64,000 nucleotides of DNA from the human T2T-CHM13v2.0 reference genome, Homo sapiens, in the NCBI RefSeq assembly GCF_009914755.1, contig NC_060941.1, one strand, 5' to 3'. Below the pieces are notes generated by a model. The model ran no database searches. It was not told where the DNA came from and saw only the letters and a program-made list of their open reading frames with translations. Of this stretch, positions 1 to 14,110 are shown one piece after another (the stretch's first letter is position 1; each line of letters begins with the position of its first letter). The translations under genes and the position numbers were made by a program.

Positions 1-65
1 GTCAATGGGTGAGTCCATGCAGATCTTACACAGGTTCTCCTCCAAGCCTGATGGTACTGCTCCCC
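1..65 (-). CDS. RFFL: RFFL last coding exon, start of RING domain, aa 304-325 (truncated by the window edge)
   Basis: Acceptor tgtgtttgtacag|GG. Reads [22 protein letters not shown], with the first RING CxxC at C316/C319. Confidence 0.95.
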
Positions 66-924
66 CTGTACAAACACACAGGGCAGAAAAAAAGGGGCAG
101 AGGAGTGAGGAGAATGTCTTAAGTGTATAGGGGTGACTGGGGGAGGGAGGTGGGAGATAACAGGTACATTGTAAACAAAGTCTCAGTGCACATGCTTCCC
201 TCAAATAGAGCTCCTCCGAGGAAACATTTCCTCAATAACCAACTCTGGTTACTTGTTTAATCCACACTTCATCCCCTCCAACAGGTAAAGATTTGAAAAG
301 TACACAGCACTTGTGGATCAGACACATCCCAGAACATGAGAACTAAGGCAAAGTTCTCAAAGCTTAAAAGAAATAATTTTCAGACTGTTGGGGCTGTAAT
401 ATAGTGAGTGTGTGAGTGGCACGTAGGGACTCATTATCCCCTGAGGCAGAACAGGCTAAAAAGATAAAACTGGTTCAGAAAAGTTTAGATAGAAATGGAA
501 CTGTGATGAATGGTTCATTAAGGATCACAAGGCTTTATCTATAAACATATCCTCCATTTAATAAAGTCAGGGATCATGGGGGACCCCTCTGCTATCTCAC
601 AAACTACTCCCAGGTTTCCTGAGGAAACTTCCTGGTGGAGAAACTTGGCAGAGATTACTGCTCCCTCTTTCTACCCCCACAAAACTTTTTTATACCCCCA
701 TGACTGCTTATCACATTGGATTAAAATTTTGAGTTTGCCTACTTACTCCCAGAGTAGACTATGAGCTCTTTAATTCAACATATTCAATCAATTTTTACAA
801 TTATATGCTTAGCATTTATTCCATGCTCCAAGGTTAGATATTCATCTTTGAAGCCCCCAATGCCAGTTATATGGTAGGTACTCTAAATGTCTGATGAATG
901 AACATCTTCCCAAGGGAATGACAA

Positions 925-1150
925 CATCCCACATTTACTGAATGCTTACCGTGTGCCAGGCAGGGTCCTGAAAGCTTTGCATGTGTTAACTCACTGAAGC
1001 CTCACAAAAACTATAAAGTAGGACCTCTTGTTATTTTCATTTTATAGATGAGGCCAACTGGGGCAAAAAAGTTAAGTGGCTTGCCCAAGGGCACAAAGCT
1101 GCTAAGTCGAGGAGCCAGGATTCAAACCCAGGCAGGCTGGCCCCACAGCT
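925..1150 (-). mobile_element. MIR
   Basis: Antisense MIR core (CATTTTATAGATGAGG...GTTAAGTGGCTTGCCCAAGG...GGATTCAAACCCAGG). Confidence 0.75.
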
Positions 1151-2655
1151 CCTGCTCTAGAATGGCCTTCTGCCTAACTGCCCTAAGAGTAGAAACTATC
1201 CAGACAGTATCAACTGCTGAGTGCACAGGGTTCTCAATAAATGCTAACTGGCTTGTGTCACTAGCAGAATATAGTGGGCATGACCAGTATCCTAGTAGAG
1301 CTGACCCAAACAGAAAAAATAATGTTCAAAAGCCCAGCCATCTCCAATATGTCTTAAATTGTAGCCTGAAGTAGGTACCCATAAAAAGGAACTGATCTCA
1401 CAGAAGTCACCTCTACCATCTGGGGGTTGGCCAACCCATAGAGGAATTCTCCCTTATTGCATCTATACTTTCTCTTTTCTGGACTATTAAAAAGTCAAGA
1501 AATACTTCCCCCTAGGAGGTAGGCTGGGTGTGAAAGGGAGTGAAACCCATTTGCCTCTTTTGAGGTGCTGTTGGTCCTAACAGAGGTTTGGAGACTATAC
1601 AAATACCTAAGATGAATGGGAATAATTTATAATTTTCAGTTACTCATTCTCTCAGAAGTAACAACAAACACATTAACTCAGTTGTCAGCATTCTCCCAGG
1701 GAATCAGAAAAAGAAAGGAAGCACCAAGTAGATCAGCCTGATCTTGGTACCGGTGATGCTGGGGGGTTGGAGGGTGGAGGTGGGTCTAGAACTCCAAATG
1801 GTTTTGGGGAATTGAGAAAAGCTCAACTGTTTTTTATGTCTGATTAGAAGTAATCAGACATAAAATTGCCCATTCTGAGCAAAAGGCCATTTTACTAAAT
1901 AAATTTGGGAAATCTTCTGAAATAAGTTTTAAAATGCTGCAGGCTAGTCCAACACTACTCTTAGAACGTTCTCTCTTGGAAGGGAGTTCACAACCATATA
2001 CCCTTGAGGCTTTTGAAAACACATAGCATATTTTAGAATGTCCCCACAGATGGTCAGGAGTTCTGCAGTGTGTTCTGGGAGTACCTGAGGGCCCAGTGGT
2101 GGTCTTTAAGTGAGTGGCAGCTGAGCTGAGATATATAGCTTGTGCCCAGAGAGTAGCACATGTGTTAGCTCCAGAGTAGCTCTAACCATTACCAGCCCTG
2201 TACAAACAGGGCTGTCTCAGGTCACCACCCTTTCTTTTTGGTTAGTACCAGAAGCTGCTAAACACCCTGATTCCCCAGAAGGTGTACACAGAGACCCTCC
2301 CTACCCAGACCAGAACTGAAAACACCAAGATTTTAAAAAATGAGCTGAGTGTGATACATGCCACCCCTCCTCTGTTTCAGTGTTTTACAAATGTTGGCTT
2401 ATGAGCTCAGGTAGCCCAGGGACATGCACATCAGTCAGTCCGCCCCTACGTATGCTCCACTCTGCTTCCTGCACAGCGAGCAGAGAGAATTTCTAAAGAT
2501 GGTGAGAGGCCCCCTGGGTCTCAGTGAGTTTCCCACACACCCTCTCTCTGGGGGCTCAAATGCTCAGAATTCTTAGATTACTAAAGGGATTGGGGTTGAA
2601 GGAGGGGAAGGACAAAAGGGCCTAAGCCCATTCCCAAACAGAAACAACTACATAC

Positions 2656-2679
2656 CGTTTTGGTCTTCGGCACCACTGA
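2656..2679 (-). CDS. RFFL: RFFL 24-nt micro-exon (exon 6), encoding (V)SGAEDQN(G)
   Basis: Long polypyrimidine tract and acceptor tccttctctttccttttcag|TCAGTGGTGCCGAAGACCAAAACG|gtatgt. Phase 1/1. It joins exon 5 to the RING exon as HLVSGAEDQNGGAVP. Confidence 0.92.
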
Positions 2680-2881
2680 CTGAAAAGGAAAGAGAAGGAT
2701 GTCTGAATAGGTAAGGCATGATGGTACAAATACAGTCTCTTACTGCCCTGACATCATTTCTGAACTCTTACCACTCCCTGCTGGGAACCAGGCTTGCCAA
2801 GAGCCTAGATGGACATCTGCCCTCTACTCGCTCTACATGCTCAGAACTCACACAAAGCTCCTACTCGTGCATCTGGTCTAC

Positions 2882-3402
<521 letters not shown>

Positions 3403-4285
3403 TGAAACAATCCCAAAGGGAAAACAGACTCCATGTCAGTAGGCCTCAGTCTGTAATCGGGTGAAGAGTCAGTCAGATGACCCCTAACACTGATGAATTT
3501 GAGCTACTGGTAGAAGAGAGCCTGAAACCTGACTTCAACCACTCTTACCAAGCAAGGAATCAGTATGTTGCTCTGTAGGAACCAAATCAACTGGGGATGG
3601 GAGGAAAGGAGAAGATTCTGTGGTGAAATAATTTCAGGAAATGCTAAGTTCAAAACAGCCAAAACACATTTCTCTTCTGCAGGACTTCTCTGCCTTTAAT
3701 ATAAAAATCTACCATAAATCAGTAATGAAGATATGAGGTATTTTTCCCTAAACTCATTTAACCACAGACCCAGATATTTTCCTGGGCATCTCCTGAATGA
3801 TACAGTGTAAAATGCTCTGGGAAATGAACAAAAGGAAGAGCCCAAGTGCAGATGGAACAGCTATCTTCTCCTGCCATGTATGTAGATTCACTTTCTACCT
3901 CCCAAATCTTCAGAACAAGCATTCTTATTCTAAGGTAAGAAAACTTACAAGGTGGTGGTGAGTAGGGAGGGGATAGCATATGGTGAGAAAGGCTATGGAC
4001 TTAGACCATAAAATTTTCAGTTAAATTTTACCTTTCAGATAAAGGGGTGATGCTAATAATGTCTATTTCATAGGTTGCTCTAAGGAATAAATACATACAT
4101 GCAATGCCTAATCTAGTTTTGACACTCAACCACAAATGACAGCTATTATTAGACGGTGCAAATATGTAAGGTGTCTCCTTCCATGGCTTAAGTGTGGAAA
4201 TTGAGTCAGGTCAATACCATCATGCTTTGGAGTGACAGCAAACACTCCTGAGCTCTGTAAAGCTACCATGCAGATAGCCCCTCAC

Positions 4286-4496
4286 CCAGGTGCTGGAGTC
4301 CTTTCTGATCCTTGTATAGCCGGGTCACTCTCTCCATCAGCTCCCACTTCTCACAGCAGCCCTTGTAGTTGACAAAGTTGCGAGCCAAGATCTCTTTCAG
4401 CTGCCGCACTGTCAGGCCTTCAATGTCCTCCAGGTCAGTCAGGTCAGACAGAGAGGCCCTTCGGCCTGGGACAAAGCTGTCCTCTGAGTCAATAGA
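4286..4496 (-). CDS. RFFL: RFFL exon 5, aa 226-295 (second SAP-like motif)
   Basis: [70 protein letters not shown]; 211 nt, phase 0/1. Acceptor cattgcag|TCT. Donor CTGG|GTGAGG. Confidence 0.96.
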
Positions 4497-5438
4497 CTGC
4501 AATGACAAAGATGAGATCAGTGTGCTCAGCTCTTACCTCCCCAAGCTCTTTCTCCAAGGACCCCAAAGCAGTCACCACATCATAATTTTGGTGACTGACC
4601 TCATGAAGGGTAGGAACAGAGACAGGATGAGTACCTGGCATGGTGCTCTGCATTGCAAAATATACTAGAATCTCTTCCTGACCCACGATTCTGTGCTCAG
4701 GAGCAAACAGACACAGACCAACCAATCAGTGTGATATAGTACTAGATAGAAGTATAGTAGAAGGAGTGCTGGTTTGAGTCATATGACCCTAATTTTGAAT
4801 CTTGACTCCTCTGCTGTTAATGCTAAATAATATCCAGCAAGTTGCTTACCACTCTGAGCCCGTTTGCCCCTCCATTAAGGGGAGAGAGCAGTCCTACCCC
4901 ACAGGGGTCCTGTAGAGGTTAAATATGGCCGCACATGAAACCCAGCATGGTGCTGGCCCTTCTCCCCTGGAGACTTCTGCTTGCCCACAAGAGGCACATT
5001 TCCCTGGCAAGTACTCCTCTATACACAACCTTGGCCACAGCTCCCTGGTCTGTGCTCTGGACTGGCCCTGCCTGGCTAATTGTCTGACCTCCTTCCCTTG
5101 ACAATGGCTACAGTGTGCTAGAAGCAAGGAAAGAACAAGACTTTAACAGCAGGACCACAAGCCTGCCCTCCGGCAGCTCTTAGAAAGTCAAGAGACTGGA
5201 AATACAATGGGCCATGAGGCTTCTCCGTCTCCACTGTGACCTCACAACTCCTTATAAATACACTGACCGCTTCACTAGTTAACCTGGAACACTAACACTA
5301 AACCCTACCCCAAAAATATAATTTCGGAAGCACTATCATCACACATTTATTCTCTCTCCACTCGACTCTGCTAAGAGGTTCCGAAGAACACCAGTGAAAG
5401 AGGAAAGGTGAAGACACAGACCCAAGCAGAGGCCCCAC

Positions 5439-5522
5439 CTGGGTCTCATCCTCAGCAGGTACTCTGGCCACGCTCTCCAGGTAGACGGGTTCCTCTTGAT
5501 CCTGAGACACATGGCCATTGGC
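5439..5522 (-). CDS. RFFL: RFFL exon 4, aa 198-225 (acidic linker)
   Basis: [28 protein letters not shown]; 84 nt, phase 0/0. Acceptor ttctcttcccacag|GCC. Donor CAG|GTGGGG. Confidence 0.95.
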
Positions 5523-7294
5523 CTGTGGGAAGAGAAAAGTAACATCACATCTAGAGATGTCCCAGAGATCTGCATAGCATGGGCCTCTTTTCAACTCACA
5601 CAATGTCCAGAATGTACTCCCATCATGCCCAGAAATCCGGAGCCTCTTACAGCATCATTACAAAAGCCTGCTCTCTCATACCAACTTTGTCAAGCAGAGA
5701 AACAACAAAAATACATTTCAATAGACAAAGCTGCCCTCTAGAACAAAACTGCATTAATTCTGCACACACCAGGATGGCAGTAGCCACAACTCATCATCAA
5801 TTTAATCTCAGCTTGAGCACCACAGGTGAAGGGAAGGTCATTGTGTCCATTCCACTGCTGGACTGCTCTCTATCTGGCATCAAGGTTTTTCTTGACACTG
5901 ATCCAAAATTGCCATCCCTATCCCTGGTTCTGCTCCTCAGACCATAGTCTCCTGGGGTTTTTGTTTGTTTGTTTTTTGTTTTTCCCAAACTGTTTATACC
6001 ATGTTTTCCCCTCCTTCACACTAAATCTCCCTGGCTTCCTTATCTGACACTGATGGGACAAAGTTTCCAGATCATCACCACCCTAGTCTCTTTCTTTTCT
6101 GCCTAGTAACTACTCTCACATTCTGGAAATGTGCTCCCCATGTTGAGCACACTATTATTAAGTGCTATGTCCAGACCTAGTCAAAGAGTATTTTAATGTA
6201 TCTAAGAATCTATTAGCCTAACACTATATAAAACACTGCCTATGCTTACGGAATTTCATTATGCTTAGAATTCTCACTTCTCAAAAGGTTCCTCCTGAGT
6301 ACTCTTTTAGGAGGTTTGGCCAAAGAGTAGGCAGAACTGTTAGCCTCCTAATTCCATCACCATTTAAGCCACAAACCCCTTAAGTAGATCCTCTTCGCCC
6401 ACTGCTCCCTGCAGGCAAAGGGCCTGCTGTGAGCTCAGAGCAAAGAGGTGTCTGAGCTCACAGGCCTTTTCCACCAGATTCTGGGGATGCCAGTGAAGGG
6501 ACAATCTGGGAAACCAAAGACACCCACCGACCCCAGCCACTCACCCCACATTAGGATTCATAATATGGAGCTAATCAAGAAGAGGCAACCAACTGCAATG
6601 GAAATGAAAAGCAGAAGTAACAAAATGCCAAATCAAGGCAAGATCAAATGCATAGTACACATGTATGGGGATGGATCCAAATCAATGTCTTCATCAACAA
6701 CGTTTTCTCTTAGCTTACTGTAGATCCTCACTGGTCTCTCAGGTAGTGTTACCTTGGAATTACCCTGGAATCCTTCAGAGCCTAACCTGTTCCTAAGTAG
6801 CTATCTTTCAGATGTCCTGTTTCCTAGAAAGAGAAACGACCTCATGCTGCAAAGCATGCTCTTGTCTTTCCAGTTTGCCCACTGGCTAAATAAAAATCCA
6901 AAACTAGTACCTGTCCACAGTTGTGCTTATTGTATATACTTCCTTGCCTAGCAACTATTGATTGCTAGGGCACTAAAGGTGAAAGAGAGAACTCTGGTTG
7001 AGCAAGTATTATAAGGAAATTTACATTCTAGGTGCAGCTCACTTATGAACTTGTCAGACAGTACTGCGTAAGTTACTTAATTCTTCCATGCCTGTTTTTC
7101 CTGCTTGCAAAGTGCAGCTCTCACCAGAACAGGGGATGTAAGCAGACACTAAGGTCTCTTGAAAATCTCAGAGGAAAAGTACCCACTTAGATCTTGTATG
7201 TAGGGTGACCTTTAGGTGCAATCTGGAAATTTCTGGTTAATGACAGGAAGCTTATCATCTTTCATTGAAAAATCTACCTGAAAAGTTTGCTTGG

Positions 7295-7590
7295 TTTTTT
7301 GTTTTTGTTTTCTGAGACAGGATCTCACTCTGTTGCCCAGGCTGGAGTGTGGTGGCATGATCATGGTTCACTGCAGCCTCGACCTCCCAGGCTTAAATGA
7401 TCCTCCCACCTCAGCCTCTTGAGTAGCTACAGGCACCCACCACCACGCCCAGCTAATTTTTGTATTTTTTGTAGAGACAGGTTTTTGCCATGTTGCCAGG
7501 CTAGTCTCAAATGCCTGGGCTCAAATGATCCGCCTGCCTCAGCCTCCCAAAGTGCTGGGATTACCAGGCATGAACCACCACGCCCAGCCA
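7295..7590 (-). mobile_element. Alu (AluJ-like)
   Basis: Full dimer, antisense on +. Confidence 0.9.
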
Positions 7591-8169
7591 AGGTTCTTTA
7601 CAGAAAAAGAATTCCTCAAGTTCTTCTCCTGGCTCCTTATACATAGAGTGGAAAAAAAAAAAACACAAGCAAAGGGAAGAATATATAGCAGGAGTTTAAA
7701 TCTGTCTAGCAGACCAAGAGTCAGAGCTTAGGAAAGAATTAAAGTCCAGCTGCGGAGAAAAACATGTTCAGGCCAAAAAGGGAGTTAAATGATTTTACTG
7801 CAGTTAAATTATGCTATCACATTGGCCTTTATGCCTCAGTGGTTGTCAAGAGCTGAATCAGGGGGCCCAGTCCTGGCAAAGGAGGTGATCATAAACAAGT
7901 GGCAGCAGCCATCCACATCATGTGTGGGAACCAACAGCACTAGCACTATACCAGCTCTAAGTAACTCAGAGCTCTTTTAGACATGGTATCACGCATTCAG
8001 GTCTCTCAACATCCTGGCAAGATCAAAAGTGGTCTGTGATTACTAACCTCATTTCATTGTTGTAGGCTCAACATTTGCCCAAGGGGATCAAGAAGTCAGT
8101 GACAAAAGTGGATGTGGAAATTGGATCTTGTAGTTCCTAATTCCCCCATATTGCCCAAGCCCTATAGAT

Positions 8170-8506
8170 CAAGGGTCCCCAACCCCTGGGCCACAGACTG
8201 GTACTGGTCCATGGCTTGTTGGGAACCCGGATGCACAGCAGGAGGTGAGTGGCTGGCAAGTAAGCATTACTGCCTGAGCTTTGCCTCCTGTCAGATCAGC
8301 GGTGGCATTAGATTCTCATAGGAATGTGAACTCTGTTGTGAACTGCGCATGCGAGGGATCTAGGATGCATGCTCCTTATGAAAATCTAACTAATGCCTGA
8401 TGATCTGGGTAGAATAGTTTCATCCCAAAACCAACGCACCCCAGTCTGTGGAAAAATTGTCTTCCACAAAACGAGTCCTTGGTGCCAAAAAGGTTAGGGG
8501 CCGCTG
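8170..8506 (+). mobile_element. MER1B-like hAT-Charlie non-autonomous DNA transposon
   Basis: Termini CAAGGGTCCCCAACC...GGTTAGGGGCCGCTG and internal GTCAGATCAGCGGTGGCATTAGATTCTCATAGG. 8-bp TSD CTATAGAT (8162-8169) / CTATAAAT (8507-8514). Confidence 0.9.
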
Positions 8507-9286
8507 CTATAAATAACAGAGTCACTTAAGGCACTTATGCAACATCATCACTTCTTATACAACAATTATGTCCACTGGCCTCACTCTAATCCAGTAGTTA
8601 GTTGGTCTACCTGTCTACCTTCCCTCTTCTGGGGGCTTTTTGAGGACAGAGACAGTTTATTACTCATTTCTATACTCCCCAGACCTGGGTCATGATTCAG
8701 TTGATGTGCTGCTCTTAGCTTACCACTTCCAAGCCCCCCAGGATAATGAAGAAGCAGCATGCAAGTACAGCGTGCCAACTACTCCTGCTTCCAGCCAGTG
8801 ACTGGTAAGAGAAGCAGTGTCTTTGTCTGTTTCCCCACCCTCCCTTGCCTCCATATAGCCCTTTGCTTTCCTATATTCCTTGTGATGGTTACTAAGGAAC
8901 TAAGTTTCCAATCCAGCCAATGAAGACTGCAACAAAGGAGTTAAGTTGAAAGACAAATTGGAACAGAACTAAATTTGATGGCTTAATGGTTACTTTTCTC
9001 AAAATATTTCTGGAATGATGAACTTTAAAAAATGTCTAACTAGGATATGTGTGTATTAAAAACAAAAAACAAACAAAAAAATTGGTACTGTGCATATCAC
9101 CTCTGAAGAAAGCCAAAACATGAGTCTGATACCCAGAAAACACTTGGTGCACCAGTAGTCAGAAAGGCTTCACATAATCAAGACACTTAGCCTTATACCC
9201 CATTCTCACAACAAAGGCAGGAGAGGAAAATGAAAATGAGCCCTCAAACTGGCACAGACTGGCAGAGACTACAAATGGGCCCTTAC

Positions 9287-9697
9287 CTGCTGATTCTCCT
9301 GAACCTGGGCTGGGGGAACAGAGGTGGCTTGTGCAGATGAAGAGGGGAGGTTGGGTGAGGTAGGTGGAACCATGCTGGAGTGAGGCTGGGTCAGGAAGGC
9401 CTGCTGCTCAGGAAAGTCTGGGGACAAGGTGGAGGCACGAGTCCTGTCCTCCTGGGAGATTACAGGCTGCTGGCCAAGGACCAAGAGCACCAGCTCTTCT
9501 TTCTCCCGGCACATTTCGGTAGAGATGTCATGGAGGCTGAGATAGTCCCTCAAGTCCTTCACCTTCATCTTCATGAGCTCCTCTCGCTGAAAGGCTGTAG
9601 CTCGAAACCGTTGGCAGAGAAGGCAGAGGCGGGGCCCATTCCCTACTTGGCTCGAACAGGTCATGCAAAAATTTTTCTTACAGTCCAAGCAGGTCTG
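9287..9697 (-). CDS. RFFL: RFFL exon 3, aa 61-197 (rest of FYVE-like zinc finger, first SAP-like motif, P/S-rich linker)
   Basis: [32 protein letters not shown]...QVQENQQ; 411 nt, phase 0/0. Acceptor aagcag|CAG. Donor CAG|GTAAGG. Confidence 0.96.
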
Positions 9698-10059
9698 CTG
9701 CTTAGAGCAAAAGACACAGGAAACCATGTCAGATTGAGAGAACAAGACAGAGAGTGCGATGGGAGCTTCAGAGCTGCCAAGCCCAGCAGGATCTCCTCCA
9801 GTCACTCTTACTTTTACTAAGCTCTCTCATATATCTAAGGGTGCAAGCCACTTTCAGATTTTAGATTAAAAGCCACTCGGGTGGAAGACCTCCACTATGT
9901 ATTGTGTATATCCATGTACAGGACACTTCACATTTATTATTTAATTTGAGGCTTACTTTATTTACTCCTGAAGCACCTGAGGTATTAATTAAGACTACCA
10001 GCATAAGAATCAAAAAGCTCTGCATTTTTATTAAGCCTCCCTCCCTTATTTCTTGCAGT

Positions 10060-10560
10060 ATCACCTTGGGTGTGTAATTTAGCCTCTCTGGTGCTCAGTT
10101 TCCACATCTGTAAAATGGGGGTGATAACAGTATCTACCTCATGGGGTTGTTGTGAAGATTAAGAGAGAACCCATTTAGCATATCTAACACAAAATGAGTC
10201 CTCAACAAGTGTAAGCTGTTTTATTATAGCTAGGAAATATTACCTAACGGTGACAGCCAGGATTCAAATCCTAAACTGTAATTATTTCTGCATGAAGGTT
10301 ATGGTGGTGGTGGTTGTTACAATTAATATTAATTTATTGAGGTGCTTCTATATGCTAGCTTGTCATTTAATTCTCAAAGCGACATTGCAAAGTAGGTATT
10401 AGTGTTCTTCCCTGATTCACAGACAAAGCAACCGAGGCTTAGGGAGATCAACTGTTGTATTCAAGGTCAGGCAATAAACAGGAGAGCGGGTATTCACACT
10501 CAAGGTCTGTTGGAGGCTAATGCCCATGATCACATTCTTTCCACCAGGCCATACTGCATA
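10060..10560. mobile_element. Two MIRs in opposite orientation (~10060-10225 +, ~10320-10560 -)
   Basis: CTCAGTTTCCACATCTGTAAAATGGGG core on the plus strand, with an antisense MIR just downstream. Confidence 0.65.
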
Positions 10561-13184
10561 GCTCAGTTCCATTCAAGTACAGAGCAGTTCTGAGTCAAGG
10601 GCCTGGCTTCCATCTCCAAATTCCCCACCCACTGCTCCATCGACACAGGCTCCCCACTCCAGGAAGGCCCACTCAGAGTGCTGGGAACCCAGTGGTGCTT
10701 ACAAGCATATCCAAGACAAATATTTAGACAGCAACGGGAGGCTGTCTGGACATCAGGGTACTCTCGTTCCTGAAAGCACAGAGTGTCTCAGTTAGGCAAC
10801 AAGAGCGCCTGATGGGCAAGCTGGTACTGCCTGGCAGCAGCTAGTCTGGCAGTCGCTGACAACACAGGAAGGCTTACTCAGCCCACAGGAAGCAATCCTC
10901 GGCCTCTCACCCCACAGGCTGAGTGAGCACAGTGACATCCGGCTGAGCTCTGTTCTGGCCAAGAGCATGTCACATCCCCAACAAGAGAGGTAATTCCTGA
11001 GCACACTGGGATTGGCCTGGAGGGCACCCTCATTAATCCTTTAAAGAAGTTAAAAACTTTTCATCCTGTGTTGACTTAAGTAGTAACTTAAATATTTCTG
11101 GTCCATCTTTTCGAAATATAGAAAGATATTCAAGCTAAAAAAGAAAGCTCAAGAGACAAGATTCTCATAGTCAAGATCACAGACACTCTGGGCTGAAGTA
11201 AATGTCTGCATAGTTAAGATAGTTATATAAGTTTTGTCTAAGTATCATTCACATAGTAAAGGGAAAAGGAAATAATATTTACCACCCAGTTTTGGCTATT
11301 AAGACTTAGAAGGCATTGCAAAGGGACATATATCAAGCTCCCTAATTCTCCATACAGTTATAACCAAACAATACTGTTCAGAGATGGACTTAAAAGGATG
11401 CATGGCTGCACTAGCATTGTAACGGTTCTGGGACCAGTAGCCATGCAGGCAGAAAATGGATGTTTTCAGGTATTTGGGGTTCATTCACATCTAAAGCTTT
11501 TCTATTGGGAAATGAAGTCTGTTTAGGATGACTGAGACTGAAACAAAGAGGCTTCAATGCCATAAACCTGTGGGCCTGACATGGAATATTACTTAAGTCG
11601 ATGCAGTCTGACAAGACCTAGCTTGACACAATTATAAAGCCTGCGTTGCTCAATCAGCCAGATCCAAACAACTCTCTATTCTTTCTTCAAATGTGTGTGG
11701 CTTGCTGGATGCAAGATCAGAATGCAGACAACAACCTAGCTTCTATGCACCCGCTGGCTCACAGGGAACTCTGAAATAAGCTGGCATCTGAAACACACCC
11801 TACAGGAACAGGATAGGGCTTGAGGCTAAAACCCCAGTTTGCAGTGGCAGAAGAAAACAAGAAGAAAGGAAAAAAGGGCTGTCAACAAATGCAGGCAGAA
11901 TGAGCAAAGGACACACTTATGTATAAATTCTGCCGAATGGTTCAAAACAACTCAGTAACCAGGTAGCATGAAAGATGAATTAGTGGAGGCAACCAACATG
12001 CCTGCAGAAATGCCCAGGGTGTACTGAGATATCCAGCATCACAGAACTGGCCGTGGCGCCTCAGGCCGACACCACCCTTCAAGGATGCCGTGTGCAGGGT
12101 TCTGCTGGCTCCCGTTTGCCAACTGCCCTTCCCTTGCTCCTACTCCCTCCCACCCTATTCCCTGGAATATGGGAAGTATTACATGAGAGAATGTATATAA
12201 AACCTTAGCACAAAGTGGATGCTCCAGAAAAGGTAACACGGTTACCTTTTTCTTTCCCCTTACCAGCACCTAAGACCCAGTCCTCTCTTAACACTCTGAG
12301 ATCTGAATATCACTTCCATGGCTCCAAGCATAACCTCATCCTCCAACTGGTCCAACTAAAGAGGCTGGGTGCCAGACTCCCTCCAAAACCGTCAGGGTCG
12401 CTGCTAAACCACAGGGAGGTATTACCAATAGAGATGGGGTATTTGGCTTGTGGCAAAAGTACAGCCTGCCATTTCTCTTTAGGACTGAAAACTCAGGGAA
12501 TGCAAGGGCCACATCTTACTTATATTCTGTCTATAAAGTCCTGAATGTTATCTGTGCTTTGCACCCAATAAGCATTCAGAAAGTACTGACCATAATGAAG
12601 AATAAGGAAAAGAAAAAGATAGTAGGATCCATGGAATCATTTCAATTCAAGCACTTCTAGAAAAAGACATTTTGAAAGCCCCTGGGTGTTAAATGCCAAA
12701 CCCTTAAGATAAGAATGCTGATCCACTTAAGCATGAAATTACAAATGAAAAATTCTCATAGATGAAAACACCCTTAATATTCACAAAATTCACTGTAAAT
12801 TGCACAAAATTAACTCATACTTTTGTAGCAAGAAAATATTGTAGCAAGAAAATATTGTACCAATAACCATCTTTTACCATCCAAACTGGAATTTTTCTTC
12901 CCCTCCAGAAGCTCTTGTTACACACACTTTTCTTTTGTCACATCGTATGGTGTGCACTGTCCTCACCTCCCTGTCCAACTGCAAGCTCCCCGTTAAGCAG
13001 CAATGGCCTTCTTCATCTCTGCCTCCCTAGCCCAGGCAATTCCTGATACACAGTAGATATTCAGTAATTCATTTTCCAATAAGTAAGAAAAAAAGCACCT
13101 TATTTTAATCATTGCCATGCTTTTCTAGGCACCCAGGCCTGTAACTGTCATCTTCTACTCGACATGCTGAATGTCTTCTGGGAG

Positions 13185-14110
13185 GGGCTTTGGAATCAAG
13201 GACCTGGGTTTGAATCCCGGCTCTGTCATTTAATAACTATGTGATCTTGAGCACTACTGAAGTCAAGGGAAAAGAATGAGTATTTTAATATCTCTCATGC
13301 TATTTGTCAGGAATTTAACACATTCAATGTTCTTCTTAAATTTTAAACCCTAAGCCCTAGTTTCTCATATGTAAAATGGGATTTGGGAGATTCTAAAACC
13401 TATATCATAGCTATTGTGAGGATTAAATGAAATAAAAAAATTTAAATTCCTTAAACAGTCCTTTGCACATAGCAGATGGTTTAAAAGTATGATTTCCTCT
13501 CAAATTTCCCATGATCACCATTTTAACATCATATCCTATCACTTATTCTGAGCTGCAAACCTCTCATTCTGCAGAAAAATGCAGAATGCAGGAGTTCTTT
13601 ATCCAGGTGAGGGTTTACCTTCTGCCTAGTCATGCTTGATCACAGATAACTCACTGCCTCTGGAAGAGGGAGGGTGCACACCTAGACACCATTATCTAGC
13701 CAGTAATTTTTTTTCCAGCTCATTCATTTGGGAAGCATGGCTCCCAAGCATTTCAAATGAAATCTGCTACAGTAAATAAGCTCCAGTCTTTGTTATGGTC
13801 TTCATGTACCTGAGGCATCCTTAACGTTGCTTTTGATAAAAAGAACAAGTTAATCTGCAATCAGGCCTTTGTGATGGTGGCTAATGATGGAAATAACATC
13901 AAGTGCCTACGACATTCTAAGCATTGTGCTAGGCACCTTTCATGGCTTTCTTGTCTCACTTTATTCCCACAACCCTGAAAGATGAGGACTACAATCATCC
14001 CCATTTTATAACAGGGAAACTGAATCTCAAGAGAGGTTAGATCATATAGCTAGTAGGTAGCAACGCTGATAACTGAATTTAGGTCTACTGACTCCAAATC
14101 TATGCTGACA
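13185..14110. mobile_element. MIR fragments (~13185-13480 +, ~13880-14110 -)
   Basis: GACCTGGGTTTGAATCCCGGCTCTG, TTTCTCATATGTAAAATGGG; antisense CCCCATTTTATAACAGGGAAACTGA. Confidence 0.65.

Noticed and set aside
9269-9805. ORF-track extensions beyond the exon limits (MTGGDPAG..., VSADFLACS..., MSLQ...)
   Set aside because: They are intronic read-through; the splice sites define the real boundaries.
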